From an uncultured Clostridiaceae bacterium (GTDB taxonomy: Bacteria; Bacillota; Clostridia; TANB77; CAG-508): a stretch of DNA of 64,000 bases. Both the position numbers and the translations under genes were made by a program. Below are positions 33,249 through 42,920 of this stretch, in pieces. The notes under the pieces were generated by a model that searched no databases, had not been told where the DNA came from, and saw nothing but the letters and a program-made list of their open reading frames with translations. Where the stretch lies: NCBI GenBank assembly GCA_930990125.1, contig CAKNOI010000003.1, forward strand, positions 972 to 64,971, given 5' to 3'. Numbering within the stretch: position 1 is the first letter of the stretch; every line of letters starts with the position of its first letter.

Positions 33249-33269
33249 AAACCCAAAAGGAGAAAAAGC

Positions 33270-33950
33270 ATGATAAATCTATTGTTAGTAGAAGATAATG
33301 AAACCATTATCACAGGATTAACCTATGCACTTTCACAGGAAAGTTTTGAGGTGGATGTTGCTAGGACTGCCTATGAGACGAGGCAAAAGTTGCAAAGGCA
33401 ATCTTATGACTTACTTATTTTAGATGTTTCGCTTCCAGATGGGGATGGTTTTGAAATATGCAAAGAAGTAAAGAAAAAGGATATAGAACTTCCTATTATT
33501 TTTTTAACAGCAAAGGACGAGGAAAAAGATGTGGTATTAGGCCTAGAAATAGGAGCAGATGATTATGTTATTAAACCATTTCGTACCAAAGAACTTATTT
33601 CTAGAATTCGTACAGTGTTAAGAAGGTATCATAAAAAGGAAGAAAAAAGCACTATACAAATAAAAGATGTTACCATAGACCTTGCAAAAGCAGAAGTATA
33701 CAAAGGAAAGAGTCAAGTGATTCTAACAGCATTGGAATATAAAATATTGGTAATGCTCTTCCAAAATCAAAATCGACTCATTACAAGAGAACAACTATTA
33801 GATAAAATATGGGATGTTGCCGGAAATTTTGTAAATGATAATACGTTAACAGTATATATTAAAAGGATTCGTGAAAAAATAGAAAACAACCCTGCAGAGC
33901 CAGAAATTATTAAAACTATTCGAGGAATAGGATATAAGGTGGGCGAGTAA
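33270..33950 (+). CDS. OmpR-family response regulator (TCS-2, BceR-like)
   Basis: Receiver plus winged-helix domains; adjacent to the Bce-type transporter. Confidence 0.9.
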   Translation: MINLLLVEDNETIITGLTYALSQESFEVDVARTAYETRQKLQRQSYDLLILDVSLPDGDGFEICKEVKKKDIELPIIFLTAKDEEKDVVLGLEIGADDYVIKPFRTKELISRIRTVLRRYHKKEEKSTIQIKDVTIDLAKAEVYKGKSQVILTALEYKILVMLFQNQNRLITREQLLDKIWDVAGNFVNDNTLTVYIKRIREKIENNPAEPEIIKTIRGIGYKVGE

Positions 33951-33951
33951 A

Positions 33952-35190
33952 ATGAAGCTATTGGCGCAAGAAAAAATAAGAAAGCTACTGCTGGTATGTA
34001 GTATTTTAGTAGGAACAGTAGTAATACTAGTTATGATTTCCTTACAACTGCAAAGTAAAGAATTCCATAGAGAAACAAACAAGATTCTTGCAGGTATAGT
34101 AGGAAGTCTGATAGAAAAATATCCAGAAGCGGAGCAAGATATCATAAAACAGTTATCCACCATACAAGAACAAACTGTGGAAGATGGGATGCAAATTTTG
34201 CAAAAATATGGAATAAATGTCGAAGAAATAGTACCTGCTACAAATTTAGAGCAAGTACATCAAAAAAGTATGCGAATAATGCTTTTATGGATTGTCCTTT
34301 TAGGTATTTTGCTAATTAGTTGTTTTGCTATTTATTTGTATCGTAGAGAGAAAAAAATAAGAGCCATTACCGAATATTTAAAAGAAATAGAAAAACAGCA
34401 ATACTCCTTAAAAATTCAAGAAAACGAAGAAGGAGAATTAAGCTATCTGCAAAACGAAATCTACAAAATTACAGTAATGTTAAAAGAAAGTGCACAAAAG
34501 CTTTCACAAGATAAAAAATACTTATCCAATGCACTTTCCGATATTTCCCATCAAATTAAAACACCACTGACTTCTATTTCTGTTTTACTAGATATTTTAA
34601 AAGAAAACACCAATCTTCCAGAAGAAAAAAGACAAGAATTTTTATTTGAAATATCCAGACAAATAGAATGGATTCATTGGCTAGTAATTTCTCTTTTGAA
34701 ATTATCCAAATTTGATGCAGGAACAGTAGAACTAAAAAAGGAAACAATTTTGATTCAAAACCTAATAAAAGAAGTAATACAAAACTTGAGTATTCCATTA
34801 GAAATAAAAAATCAAACCATCCAAATGCAAGGAGACCCAAGCTCAAGTTTTATAGGTGATTTTCATTGGACAGCAGAGGCTATTATTAATATTATCAAAA
34901 ATTGTATGGAGCATACCGAAGAAGGAAAAACCATACAAGTAAGTTTTAAAGAAAATGCACTGTTTACCCAAATAATTATAAAAGACTCTGGAGAAGGAAT
35001 AGCAAAAGAAGATTTACCCTATATTTTTCAGCGCTTTTATAAAGGAAAAAACGCAGGTAAAGATAGTTTTGGAATAGGATTAGCACTAGCAAAAGCCATT
35101 ATTCAAAATCAAGGAGGAGACATCAGTGTAAAAAGCAAAAAAGGAGAAGGTACCACCTTTTTTGTTACCATTTATAAAGGGATTCATTAA
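33952..35190 (+). CDS. Sensor histidine kinase (TCS-2), two TMs with a very short external loop (intramembrane-sensing type)
   Basis: H-box HQIKTPLTSI and HATPase motifs; start overlaps the RR stop. Confidence 0.85.
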   Translation: MKLLAQEKIRKLLLVCSILVGTVVILVMISLQLQSKEFHRETNKILAGIVGSLIEKYPEAEQDIIKQLSTIQEQTVEDGMQILQKYGINVEEIVPATNLEQVHQKSMRIMLLWIVLLGILLISCFAIYLYRREKKIRAITEYLKEIEKQQYSLKIQENEEGELSYLQNEIYKITVMLKESAQKLSQDKKYLSNALSDISHQIKTPLTSISVLLDILKENTNLPEEKRQEFLFEISRQIEWIHWLVISLLKLSKFDAGTVELKKETILIQNLIKEVIQNLSIPLEIKNQTIQMQGDPSSSFIGDFHWTAEAIINIIKNCMEHTEEGKTIQVSFKENALFTQIIIKDSGEGIAKEDLPYIFQRFYKGKNAGKDSFGIGLALAKAIIQNQGGDISVKSKKGEGTTFFVTIYKGIH

Positions 35191-35198
35191 AAACAAAA

Positions 35199-35233
35199 AC
35201 GAGTAGAAATTTTCTTTCTACTCATTTTTCTTT
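35199..35233. terminator. Bidirectional terminator (GAGTAGAAA ... TTTCTACTC + T-run)
   Basis: Hairpin between convergent genes. Confidence 0.6.
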
Positions 35234-35944
35234 TTACTCCACAATAGGGCTTGGTGTATTCAATGCTTCATCTGCCTCTTCTTGAGAAATATAGTTATAT
35301 TTTACCATAGAGCTTAATACTTTTTGTTGCCTTTTGGTAGCTAAATCTATGTTAGACCTTGGAGAATAATAATAAGGAGAATTTGGCACACCTGCAAGTA
35401 AGCTAGCGTCATACAAAGTCATTTCCATTGGGTCTTTTCCTAAGTAACCATTGCATGCTTCTTTAATTCCGGTATATCCATACCCAAAGTAACTATTATT
35501 CACATAAATTTCTAAAATCTCATCCTTATCATACATACTTTCTAGTTTAAATGCCATAAAAATTTCTGCTATTTTACGTACCATACTTTCATCTTGTGTA
35601 AAGAAAATATTTTTTGCAATTTGCTGTGTAATAGTACTTCCACCTTCCACAAAATCAAAATTTTTAATATTGGTTACAATAGCTCTTCCAATAGCAATAA
35701 TATCAATAGCACCGTGGTTATAAAAACGATGGTCTTCTACTGCAACAACAGCATTTAAATAACTTTGTGGAAGTTCTTCCAATGTCACATAATTTTCGGA
35801 CTCCTGAATTTCTTTAATTTTTGCTGTAATATTCTCATCAGATGATTGCTCTCTATAGAACAAATATCCTTGAACGGTGAAAACAATACCAGTTACTAGG
35901 ATAATGGCAAGGACAATCAAAACTATTCTTTTAAACCATTTCAT
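35234..35944 (-). CDS. Monofunctional peptidoglycan glycosyltransferase (GT51, MtgA-like)
   Basis: EDHRFY.H.G.D and GGSTITQQ motifs; N-terminal TM. Confidence 0.85.
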   Translation of the reverse strand: MKWFKRIVLIVLAIILVTGIVFTVQGYLFYREQSSDENITAKIKEIQESENYVTLEELPQSYLNAVVAVEDHRFYNHGAIDIIAIGRAIVTNIKNFDFVEGGSTITQQIAKNIFFTQDESMVRKIAEIFMAFKLESMYDKDEILEIYVNNSYFGYGYTGIKEACNGYLGKDPMEMTLYDASLLAGVPNSPYYYSPRSNIDLATKRQQKVLSSMVKYNYISQEEADEALNTPSPIVE

Positions 35945-36109
35945 ATATTTTACCTCTCTTATACTATTTATTGTACACTATAATTCTAATTTTGAAAAGT
36001 GACTTATACGTGACTTTAATAATTTCTTAAGAGAAAAGTAAAAAATATTTTGTTTGCGAAAAAGAAAAGGATGTGGTATGATAACAAAAATAAAAAGGAG
36101 ACAAAGAAA

Positions 36110-36970
36110 ATGGAAATTGTAATAGGAAAAACCTCCGGATTTTGTTTTGGAGTAAAAAACGCAGTAAGCAAAACCATACAAGAATTAGAAACCACACCAA
36201 ACCTATATTGTTTAGGAGAATTAATTCATAACAAAGAAGTAACAGATAAGTTAGAGCAAAAAGGGCTAACAATAGTAAACACAATAGAAGAAGTACCAGA
36301 AGGCGCAAGTTGTGTGATTCGTGCACATGGTATTACCAAACAGGAATATGAGGTGGCAAAAGAAAAGAAAATTTCTGTCATAGACTTAACCTGCCCTAAA
36401 GTGCTTTTAATACATCAAAAAATAGAACAATATGCGAAAAAAGGCTATACTATTTTGTTATACGGTAAAAAAGAACATCCAGAAACCAAAGGAAATGCAA
36501 GCTTTGGAGGAGAAAACTGCTATGTATTAGAAAAAAAAGAAGATGTAGACCAAGCCGTAAAACAAATACAAGAAAAAGGAAGTAAAAAAATTGCCATCTT
36601 ATCACAAACAACCTTTGGTGTAGAAGAATTTCATACCTTCACAAACGAAATTCAAACCCAAATGCCAGATTCAGAAATTCTAGTAGAAAACACAATTTGT
36701 AATAGTACCAAACTAAGACAAAAAGAAGCAGAAGAAATAGCAAAAACAGTAGACACAATGCTTGTAATAGGAGGAAAACATAGTTCCAACACAAAGGAAT
36801 TATACGAAGTAGCTAAAAAACAAAACACCAATACCATCCATATAGAAACAGCAGAAGAACTAAAAGATAAAGTATTTCCAAAAGAAAAAATAGGAATTAT
36901 TGCAGGAGCCTCAACGCCACAATCTGCTATTAACAAAGTGGTAGAATGGTTACAAAACGGAACAGAATAA
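36110..36970 (+). CDS. ispH: 4-hydroxy-3-methylbut-2-enyl diphosphate reductase IspH/LytB
   Basis: GFCFGV, AHG and conserved Cys positions; 286 aa from the RBS-supported ATG. Confidence 0.9.
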   Translation: MEIVIGKTSGFCFGVKNAVSKTIQELETTPNLYCLGELIHNKEVTDKLEQKGLTIVNTIEEVPEGASCVIRAHGITKQEYEVAKEKKISVIDLTCPKVLLIHQKIEQYAKKGYTILLYGKKEHPETKGNASFGGENCYVLEKKEDVDQAVKQIQEKGSKKIAILSQTTFGVEEFHTFTNEIQTQMPDSEILVENTICNSTKLRQKEAEEIAKTVDTMLVIGGKHSSNTKELYEVAKKQNTNTIHIETAEELKDKVFPKEKIGIIAGASTPQSAINKVVEWLQNGTE

Positions 36971-37018
36971 AATTATGGTAAACAAAACGAATAAACAATA
37001 GACTTCTTTGGCAAAATA

Positions 37019-37027
37019 TGATATAAT
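37019..37027 (+). promoter_or_regulatory. Extended -10 promoter TGATATAAT for the small ORF-fic operon
   Basis: TGnTATAAT ~30 nt upstream of ATG 37060. Confidence 0.45.
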
Positions 37028-37059
37028 AGATATGTAGTGTTGTTAAAAGGAGAAAAACA

Positions 37060-37230
37060 ATGTTAGATGAAAAAAAATTTGAATTTGATATAGCAAGTAT
37101 AAAAAGAGAGCTAGAAATAGAAGATATGCATATTACAGAAGAGGATGTTAATTTATTAAAACGTTACATGGATGATGAAATTAACATGCCAGAATTAATT
37201 GAAATTATCAAAAATCAGCCAATAGGATAA
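37060..37230 (+). CDS. Unlisted 56-aa acidic ORF upstream of fic; candidate FicA/VbhA-like antitoxin
   Basis: AAAGGAG RBS 7 nt upstream; position immediately 5' of a class-I-like Fic toxin. Confidence 0.5.
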   Translation: MLDEKKFEFDIASIKRELEIEDMHITEEDVNLLKRYMDDEINMPELIEIIKNQPIG

Positions 37231-37288
37231 ATCGCTTTCTAAAAGCTGATTTTTTTCACATACCCAAAAGAAGAAAGGGGGAAAAAGA

Positions 37289-37876
37289 ATGGATGAATTA
37301 TACGAGGCAAGAAATTCCATTTATTGCTACCCAGGTACAGAAGTATTAAAAAACAAATTAAATATTCATAAAAGAGAAGATTTACTATTTTACGAAACCA
37401 AAATTACAGCAGCAAAATTATTAAGCCTTCGTAGAAAAGGGGTTACTGGTGATTTTTCTGTAAAACATTTAAAACAAATTCACTATACCCTTTTTGAAGA
37501 TATTTACCCTTTTGCAGGAGAATTCCGAACAGAAAACATAGCAAAAGGCAGTTTCCGTTTTGCAGAATGGGAATATATTGAAGAGCAATGTAACATTTTA
37601 TTAGAAAGACTGCAAAAAGAAAATACCTTGCAAGGTCTAAATAAAAGAGCTTTTGTAGGAAGGCTTAGTTTTTATATGGCAGAACTAAATGTATTGCATC
37701 CATTCCGTGAAGGTAATGGAAGAACCATTCGCGAATTTATTAGGCAATTGGCATTAAAAAATGGCTATACGCTAAACCTAACAAAAGTAGATGCCAAAAC
37801 TATTTTAGAAGCATGCATGATATCTGTTGTAGATTTAAACCCACTAGAAGATTTACTAGAATATTGTATGGAATAA
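37289..37876 (+). CDS. fic: Fic-domain protein (FicT/VbhT-like AMP-transferase toxin)
   Basis: HPFREGNGRTIREF active-site motif; N-terminal YCYPGTEVLKNKLNI block; 195 aa. Confidence 0.8.
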   Translation: MDELYEARNSIYCYPGTEVLKNKLNIHKREDLLFYETKITAAKLLSLRRKGVTGDFSVKHLKQIHYTLFEDIYPFAGEFRTENIAKGSFRFAEWEYIEEQCNILLERLQKENTLQGLNKRAFVGRLSFYMAELNVLHPFREGNGRTIREFIRQLALKNGYTLNLTKVDAKTILEACMISVVDLNPLEDLLEYCME

Positions 37877-37991
37877 AAGGAAACTATACCCCCTTAAAGT
37901 AGACACAAAATAAAAAAATGTGTATACTTTAAGGGGGATTTTGATGACAAAAAGTGATACCATACCAAAAACAAAGAAAGAAGGAAAAACA

Positions 37992-38474
37992 ATGCCAGAA
38001 ACATTACAAATAAAAACAAAAATAGGAAACATAAGAATTGTAGCACAGGAAGGTAATATTATAGAAGTATCTTTTCTTCCAGAAGATACCATACTTTCCA
38101 AAACAGAAACGCAAAATCCAGTTTTACAAGAAGCAAAAAAACAGTTAATAGAATATATAGAAGGAAAAAGACAAGAATTTGATTTACCCCTGCATCCTGT
38201 AGGAACAGCCTTTAGACAAAAAGTGTGGAAGGAGTTACAAAAAATTCCGTATGGCGAAGTGCGTACCTACCAGCAAATAGCAATAGCCATAGGAAATCCA
38301 AAAGCCTGCAGAGCAGTAGGAATGGCAAACCACTGTAATAAAATTGGAATTATTATCCCATGCCATCGTGTAATAGGAAAAGATGGAACTTTAACCGGAT
38401 ATGCAGGAGGATTAGATAAAAAAGAGGTACTATTACAATTAGAAAAACAATATAAAGAAACCAGGAAAGAATAG
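37992..38474 (+). CDS. ogt: Methylated-DNA--protein-cysteine methyltransferase (Ogt/MGMT)
   Basis: PCHRV active site; YGEV(R)TYQQIA helix; RBS GAAGGA before ATG 37992. Confidence 0.9.
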   Translation: MPETLQIKTKIGNIRIVAQEGNIIEVSFLPEDTILSKTETQNPVLQEAKKQLIEYIEGKRQEFDLPLHPVGTAFRQKVWKELQKIPYGEVRTYQQIAIAIGNPKACRAVGMANHCNKIGIIIPCHRVIGKDGTLTGYAGGLDKKEVLLQLEKQYKETRKE

Positions 38475-38557
38475 TAGGATATATGGTCAGTTTTTCTTGT
38501 ATCTATCCTTATGATATAGTATAATAGCACTATCTTAAAGAAAGAGAGGAAAAATAA

Positions 38558-39448
38558 ATGGGGTTAGTTGTAAAAAATGTAAGCAAATTTTTTGGCGAAA
38601 AAACAGCAGTAGATAATATCTCCTTTGAAATTACAAAACCAGGAGTATTTGGACTGCTTGGTACCAATGGCGCCGGAAAAACGACTACCATTCGTATGAT
38701 GCTAGGAATTATTAAAAAGTCCAAAGGAAGCATTACATGGAATGGAAAAGAAGTAGAGCAAAAAAATGTAAGATTTGGCTATTTGCCAGAAGAAAGAGGA
38801 TTATATCCTAAAACCAAAATTTATGACCAATTGTTTTATTTTGCTACCTTAAAAGGAATGTCCAAACAAGAAGCCAATACAGCAATTGATTATTGGTTAA
38901 AACGACTAGAAGCAGAAGAATACAAAAATATGCTAGCAGAAAAACTTTCCAAAGGTAATCAACAAAAAATACAGTTTATTGCTTCTATTATTAACGAACC
39001 AGAACTTATTGTGCTAGATGAACCATTTAGTGGTTTAGACCCAGTAAACACCAAGCTATTAAAAGACGTTATCTTAGAACTAGTACAAAAAGGAAAGTAC
39101 ATCGTAATGTCTAGCCATCAAATGAGTTCGATAGAAGAATTTTGCACCGATTTAGTTATTTTAAACAGAGGTAAGACTGTTTTGCAAGGTAACTTAGAAG
39201 AAATAAAAAATTCTTACCAAGCAACTAGTGTAGATTTAACAACCAAACAAGAAGTAACAGAAATTATTAAACAAGTAAATTTACCAGTTTTATTTCAAAA
39301 AGACCATACCTATCAAATTCAAATTACAAGCGAGCAAGACGGATACCGCTTATTAGAAGCACTGCAACGAGCAAATGTTCCAATAACAAAATTTGAAATT
39401 AAAAAACCAAGTTTAAATGATATTTTTATTGAAAAGGTAGGTAAGTAA
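38558..39448 (+). CDS. ABC-2 type transporter ATP-binding protein (NatA/YhaQ-like) with a C-terminal accessory domain
   Basis: Walker A GTNGAGKTT, signature LSKGNQQK, Walker B LDEPFSGLD. Confidence 0.85.
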   Translation: MGLVVKNVSKFFGEKTAVDNISFEITKPGVFGLLGTNGAGKTTTIRMMLGIIKKSKGSITWNGKEVEQKNVRFGYLPEERGLYPKTKIYDQLFYFATLKGMSKQEANTAIDYWLKRLEAEEYKNMLAEKLSKGNQQKIQFIASIINEPELIVLDEPFSGLDPVNTKLLKDVILELVQKGKYIVMSSHQMSSIEEFCTDLVILNRGKTVLQGNLEEIKNSYQATSVDLTTKQEVTEIIKQVNLPVLFQKDHTYQIQITSEQDGYRLLEALQRANVPITKFEIKKPSLNDIFIEKVGK

Positions 39449-39449
39449 C

Positions 39450-40688
39450 ATGAAAGATATTATAACAGTTGCAAAATTTACAATAAAAGATATGATTACC
39501 AGAAAATCTTTTATTGTATCTAGTATTATTATACTAGCATTAATTGTAATAGGATTTAATATTCCTAATATTTTAAATTCCTTTGGAACAGAAGAAAGCA
39601 CATTAAATAAAATGCTAATAGTAGATTCCGAAAATATTTTTAAAGGAAACTTAGAAGCATTAAACCAAATGCAATTAGGCTATGAATTTCAAATTCAAAC
39701 ACAAGAAATAACAGAAGAAGAAATAAAACAAAAAATTGCATCCGAAGAAGTAAATTCTGCTATTGTTCTATCTGCAGAAGGAGATAAATTACAAGCAGAA
39801 TATATAGTAAAAGAATTAGGAATGGGTTCTACAATTCCTACTACCTGTGAAGAAGCACTATCTAGCATTTATCAAACCATGCAATTACAAGAATTAGGAC
39901 TATCCCAAGCACAAATTCAAAGTCTGCATCCTAATTTTGAATGGGAAATAAAACAAGTAGAAAATAAAGAAGTAAAAGGTAATATTGTAGTAACCATGTT
40001 ACTTTCTATTGTACTATTCTATGCAATTTACTTCTGCGCATACCAAGTATCTAGTTCTATTACGACAGAAAAAACATCTAAGATTATAGAAACATTAGTT
40101 ACAACGACCAAACCAAGAACCATTATCTTAGGAAAAACCATAGGAATTGGTATTGTTGGTTTAATCCAAGTATGTGTTATCGTATTAGTAGCACTTGTAA
40201 GTGCAAAACTATTTTTACCAGAGGGAATGTTAGAGTCTGTATTAGATTTATCACAAATTACAGTAGGACTAGGCATTATTACTATTGTATACTTCTTATT
40301 AGGATATGGTGTATATTCTCTTTTATATGCTGTTACTGGCTCTACGGTAAGCAAACCAGAAGATATACAATCTGCCAATACACCAGTTGCTATTTTAGCA
40401 GTAATTGGATTTTACCTAGCTTACTTTACCATGATGAATCCAACAAGTAACTTAAATGTATTTGCTTCTATTTTCCCATTTTCATCACCATTTTGTATGC
40501 CATTTCGTGTGATGATGGGAGTAGCTATGCCATGGGAAATAGTAACTTCTATTATTGTACTTATTGTTTCTATGTTAATCATAGCAAAAATATCTATCAA
40601 AATATACTCTTCTGCTATTTTAAATACAGGAAGTAGAATTTCTTGGAAAGAGATGGTAAAAATTTATAAACAAAAAGATAATGACTAA
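39450..40688 (+). CDS. ABC-2 family permease (NatB-like)
   Basis: N-terminal TM, large extracytoplasmic loop, then 5 TMs; translationally coupled to the ATPase. Confidence 0.75.
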   Translation: MKDIITVAKFTIKDMITRKSFIVSSIIILALIVIGFNIPNILNSFGTEESTLNKMLIVDSENIFKGNLEALNQMQLGYEFQIQTQEITEEEIKQKIASEEVNSAIVLSAEGDKLQAEYIVKELGMGSTIPTTCEEALSSIYQTMQLQELGLSQAQIQSLHPNFEWEIKQVENKEVKGNIVVTMLLSIVLFYAIYFCAYQVSSSITTEKTSKIIETLVTTTKPRTIILGKTIGIGIVGLIQVCVIVLVALVSAKLFLPEGMLESVLDLSQITVGLGIITIVYFLLGYGVYSLLYAVTGSTVSKPEDIQSANTPVAILAVIGFYLAYFTMMNPTSNLNVFASIFPFSSPFCMPFRVMMGVAMPWEIVTSIIVLIVSMLIIAKISIKIYSSAILNTGSRISWKEMVKIYKQKDND

Positions 40689-40735
40689 AAACAAAAAAAT
40701 AGTAGTGTTTCTACAAAAAAATAGTAGAAACACTA

Positions 40736-41149
40736 CTATTTTTTTGTAACATATTTTTCAAAAGTTTCGTACATTTCTGGACGATATTTTTTTAGAGAAA
40801 CAGGTCTCATAGTAGTATCTGTAAAACAATGCGTGGTCTCTCCCGTAAGCACTAATTCACCAGTATCTTTTTTGGTAATGCGATACGCAATTTTCATACG
40901 AACCCCATTGCACTCTACAATAGAAACTTCCACACAAATAATTTCCTCAAACTTAGCAGGAGACTTATACTGCACATTTACTCCCAAAACAGGAATCATG
41001 ACACCTTGTTGTTCAATATAAGAATAAGGTAGTCCAATTTTTTCTAAATAAAAAATACGGGCCTCTTCCAAAAAGCGAATATAATTAGAATGATGCACAA
41101 TTTGCATACCATCCAACTCATAATAGTTTACTTTTCTTTCATATACCAT
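40736..41149 (-). CDS. Acyl-CoA thioesterase (4HBT/YbgC hot-dog fold); the ORF-track N-terminal extension is spurious
   Basis: GGAGG RBS 8 nt before ATG 41149; hot-dog motifs (HHSNY.RFLEEAR). Confidence 0.75.
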   Translation of the reverse strand: MVYERKVNYYELDGMQIVHHSNYIRFLEEARIFYLEKIGLPYSYIEQQGVMIPVLGVNVQYKSPAKFEEIICVEVSIVECNGVRMKIAYRITKKDTGELVLTGETTHCFTDTTMRPVSLKKYRPEMYETFEKYVTKK

Positions 41150-41294
41150 AAAAAAACCTCCTCGTACATACAACAGATAAAAGTATATCACAATTTTTTC
41201 CTTTTTACTACAAAAAAGTGATAGTTTAAACAGTAACCAAAAATTATGTAACCTGCATATAGTATAGTAAGACTGAAAAAAGGAGGAGAAAAGA

Positions 41295-42062
41295 ATGTCC
41301 GAAATGTTAAGAGTAGAAAACATAACAAAAAAGTATCAGGCAAAAAATGGAGAAATAGAAGCATTAAAACCTATTCATTTTGCAATACAAGAAGGAGAAT
41401 TTGTAAGTCTCATTGGTCCTAGTGGATGTGGTAAATCCACGCTTCTTTCTATTATAGCAGGATTAGAACCTAAAAATTCAGGAGAAATATTTATTGGGGG
41501 AGAAAAGGTACAAGGCATATCTCCTAAAATTGGGTATATGCTCCAAAAAGATAGTTTATTAGAATGGAGAACTATTTGGAATAATGTTACCTTTGGACTG
41601 GAAATAAGAGGGATTAAAACAAAGGAAAACGAAGCTTATGTAGAAGAATTGTTAAAAAAATATAAAATTAGTGAATTTAAAGATAAATATCCATCCCAGT
41701 TATCCGGAGGAATGAGGCAAAGAGTAGCATTAATTCGAACCTTAGCGGTAAAACCTAACATCCTACTCCTTGATGAAGCTTTTTCTGCATTAGATTATCA
41801 AACAAGAATTATGGTTACAAAAGATATTTATCACATCTTAAAAAATGAAAATAAGACCGTTTTAATGGTAACACATGATATTTCAGAAGCTATTAGTATG
41901 TCCGATAGAATTATTGTTTTAACGTCTAGACCAGCAAGTGTTAAAAAAATTCACACTATTGATTTTAAAATGCAAGACAGGGACCCACTAAACTGCAGAC
42001 AAAGCCCATTATTTTCTGAATACTTTAATACCTTATGGAAGGAGCTGGAAGTACATGAATAA
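41295..42062 (+). CDS. ABC transporter ATP-binding protein (SsuB/TauB/NrtD aliphatic-sulfonate/nitrate type)
   Basis: GPSGCGKST, LSGGMRQR, LLLDEAFSALD. Confidence 0.85.
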   Translation: MSEMLRVENITKKYQAKNGEIEALKPIHFAIQEGEFVSLIGPSGCGKSTLLSIIAGLEPKNSGEIFIGGEKVQGISPKIGYMLQKDSLLEWRTIWNNVTFGLEIRGIKTKENEAYVEELLKKYKISEFKDKYPSQLSGGMRQRVALIRTLAVKPNILLLDEAFSALDYQTRIMVTKDIYHILKNENKTVLMVTHDISEAISMSDRIIVLTSRPASVKKIHTIDFKMQDRDPLNCRQSPLFSEYFNTLWKELEVHE

Positions 42063-42858
42063 AGAAAATGTATCACAAGAAAGAAAAACTTACTTAAGAA
42101 AAATAAAAAATAGAAAAAGAAAAATTTTGTTAACACAAATAGCTATTGTAATTCTTTTTATCGCCCTTTGGGAAATATTAGCAGACTATGGAATTATTGA
42201 TAGTTTTATTATGAGTCAGCCAAGTAGAATTTGGCATACCCTATTAGATTTATCTTCCAATGATTTACTAAGACACCTTGGCATAACTTGTTTAGAAACC
42301 ATTATTGGATTTTTATCTGGAACCATTTTAGGAATTTTAATTGCCATTTTATTATGGTGGTCCGATTTTTTATCCAAGGTATCCGAACCTTTTTTAGTAG
42401 TTTTAAATAGCCTTCCTAAAGTAGCTCTAGGTCCAGTTATTATTATCTGGGTAGGCGCAGGAATGCCTGCTATTATTGTAATGGCACTATCTATTTCTCT
42501 TATTGTAACCATCTTAGAAAACCTAAACGGCTTTTTAGGAACCGATAAAGAAAAAATAAAAATGGCAAAGACATTTGGAGCTAGCAAATTTCAAATATTA
42601 ACCAAAATTGTTATTCCATCTAATATTTCTACTTTTATCAATTCCTTAAAAGTAAACATAGGCTTATCCTTAGTAGGTGTTATCTCTGGAGAATTCTTAG
42701 TATCCAAAGGAGGACTTGGCTATTTAATTGTCTATGGAGGTCAAGTATTCCAATTAGATTTAGTAATGACAAGTGTTCTTATTTTAGGTATAGTAGCTGC
42801 TATTATGTATGAAAGCGTAGTATTGTTAGAAAAAAGAATACTAAAAAAGATAAAATAA
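42055..42858 (+). CDS. ABC transporter permease (SsuC/TauC type)
   Basis: 6 TMs with an EAA-like loop; overlaps the ATPase stop. Confidence 0.8.
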   Translation: MNKENVSQERKTYLRKIKNRKRKILLTQIAIVILFIALWEILADYGIIDSFIMSQPSRIWHTLLDLSSNDLLRHLGITCLETIIGFLSGTILGILIAILLWWSDFLSKVSEPFLVVLNSLPKVALGPVIIIWVGAGMPAIIVMALSISLIVTILENLNGFLGTDKEKIKMAKTFGASKFQILTKIVIPSNISTFINSLKVNIGLSLVGVISGEFLVSKGGLGYLIVYGGQVFQLDLVMTSVLILGIVAAIMYESVVLLEKRILKKIK

Positions 42859-42920
42859 AAGGAACCAAATAACAACAAAAAGAATAGGTTATGTTAAGAA
42901 AAAAGAAAGGAGAATGCAAG

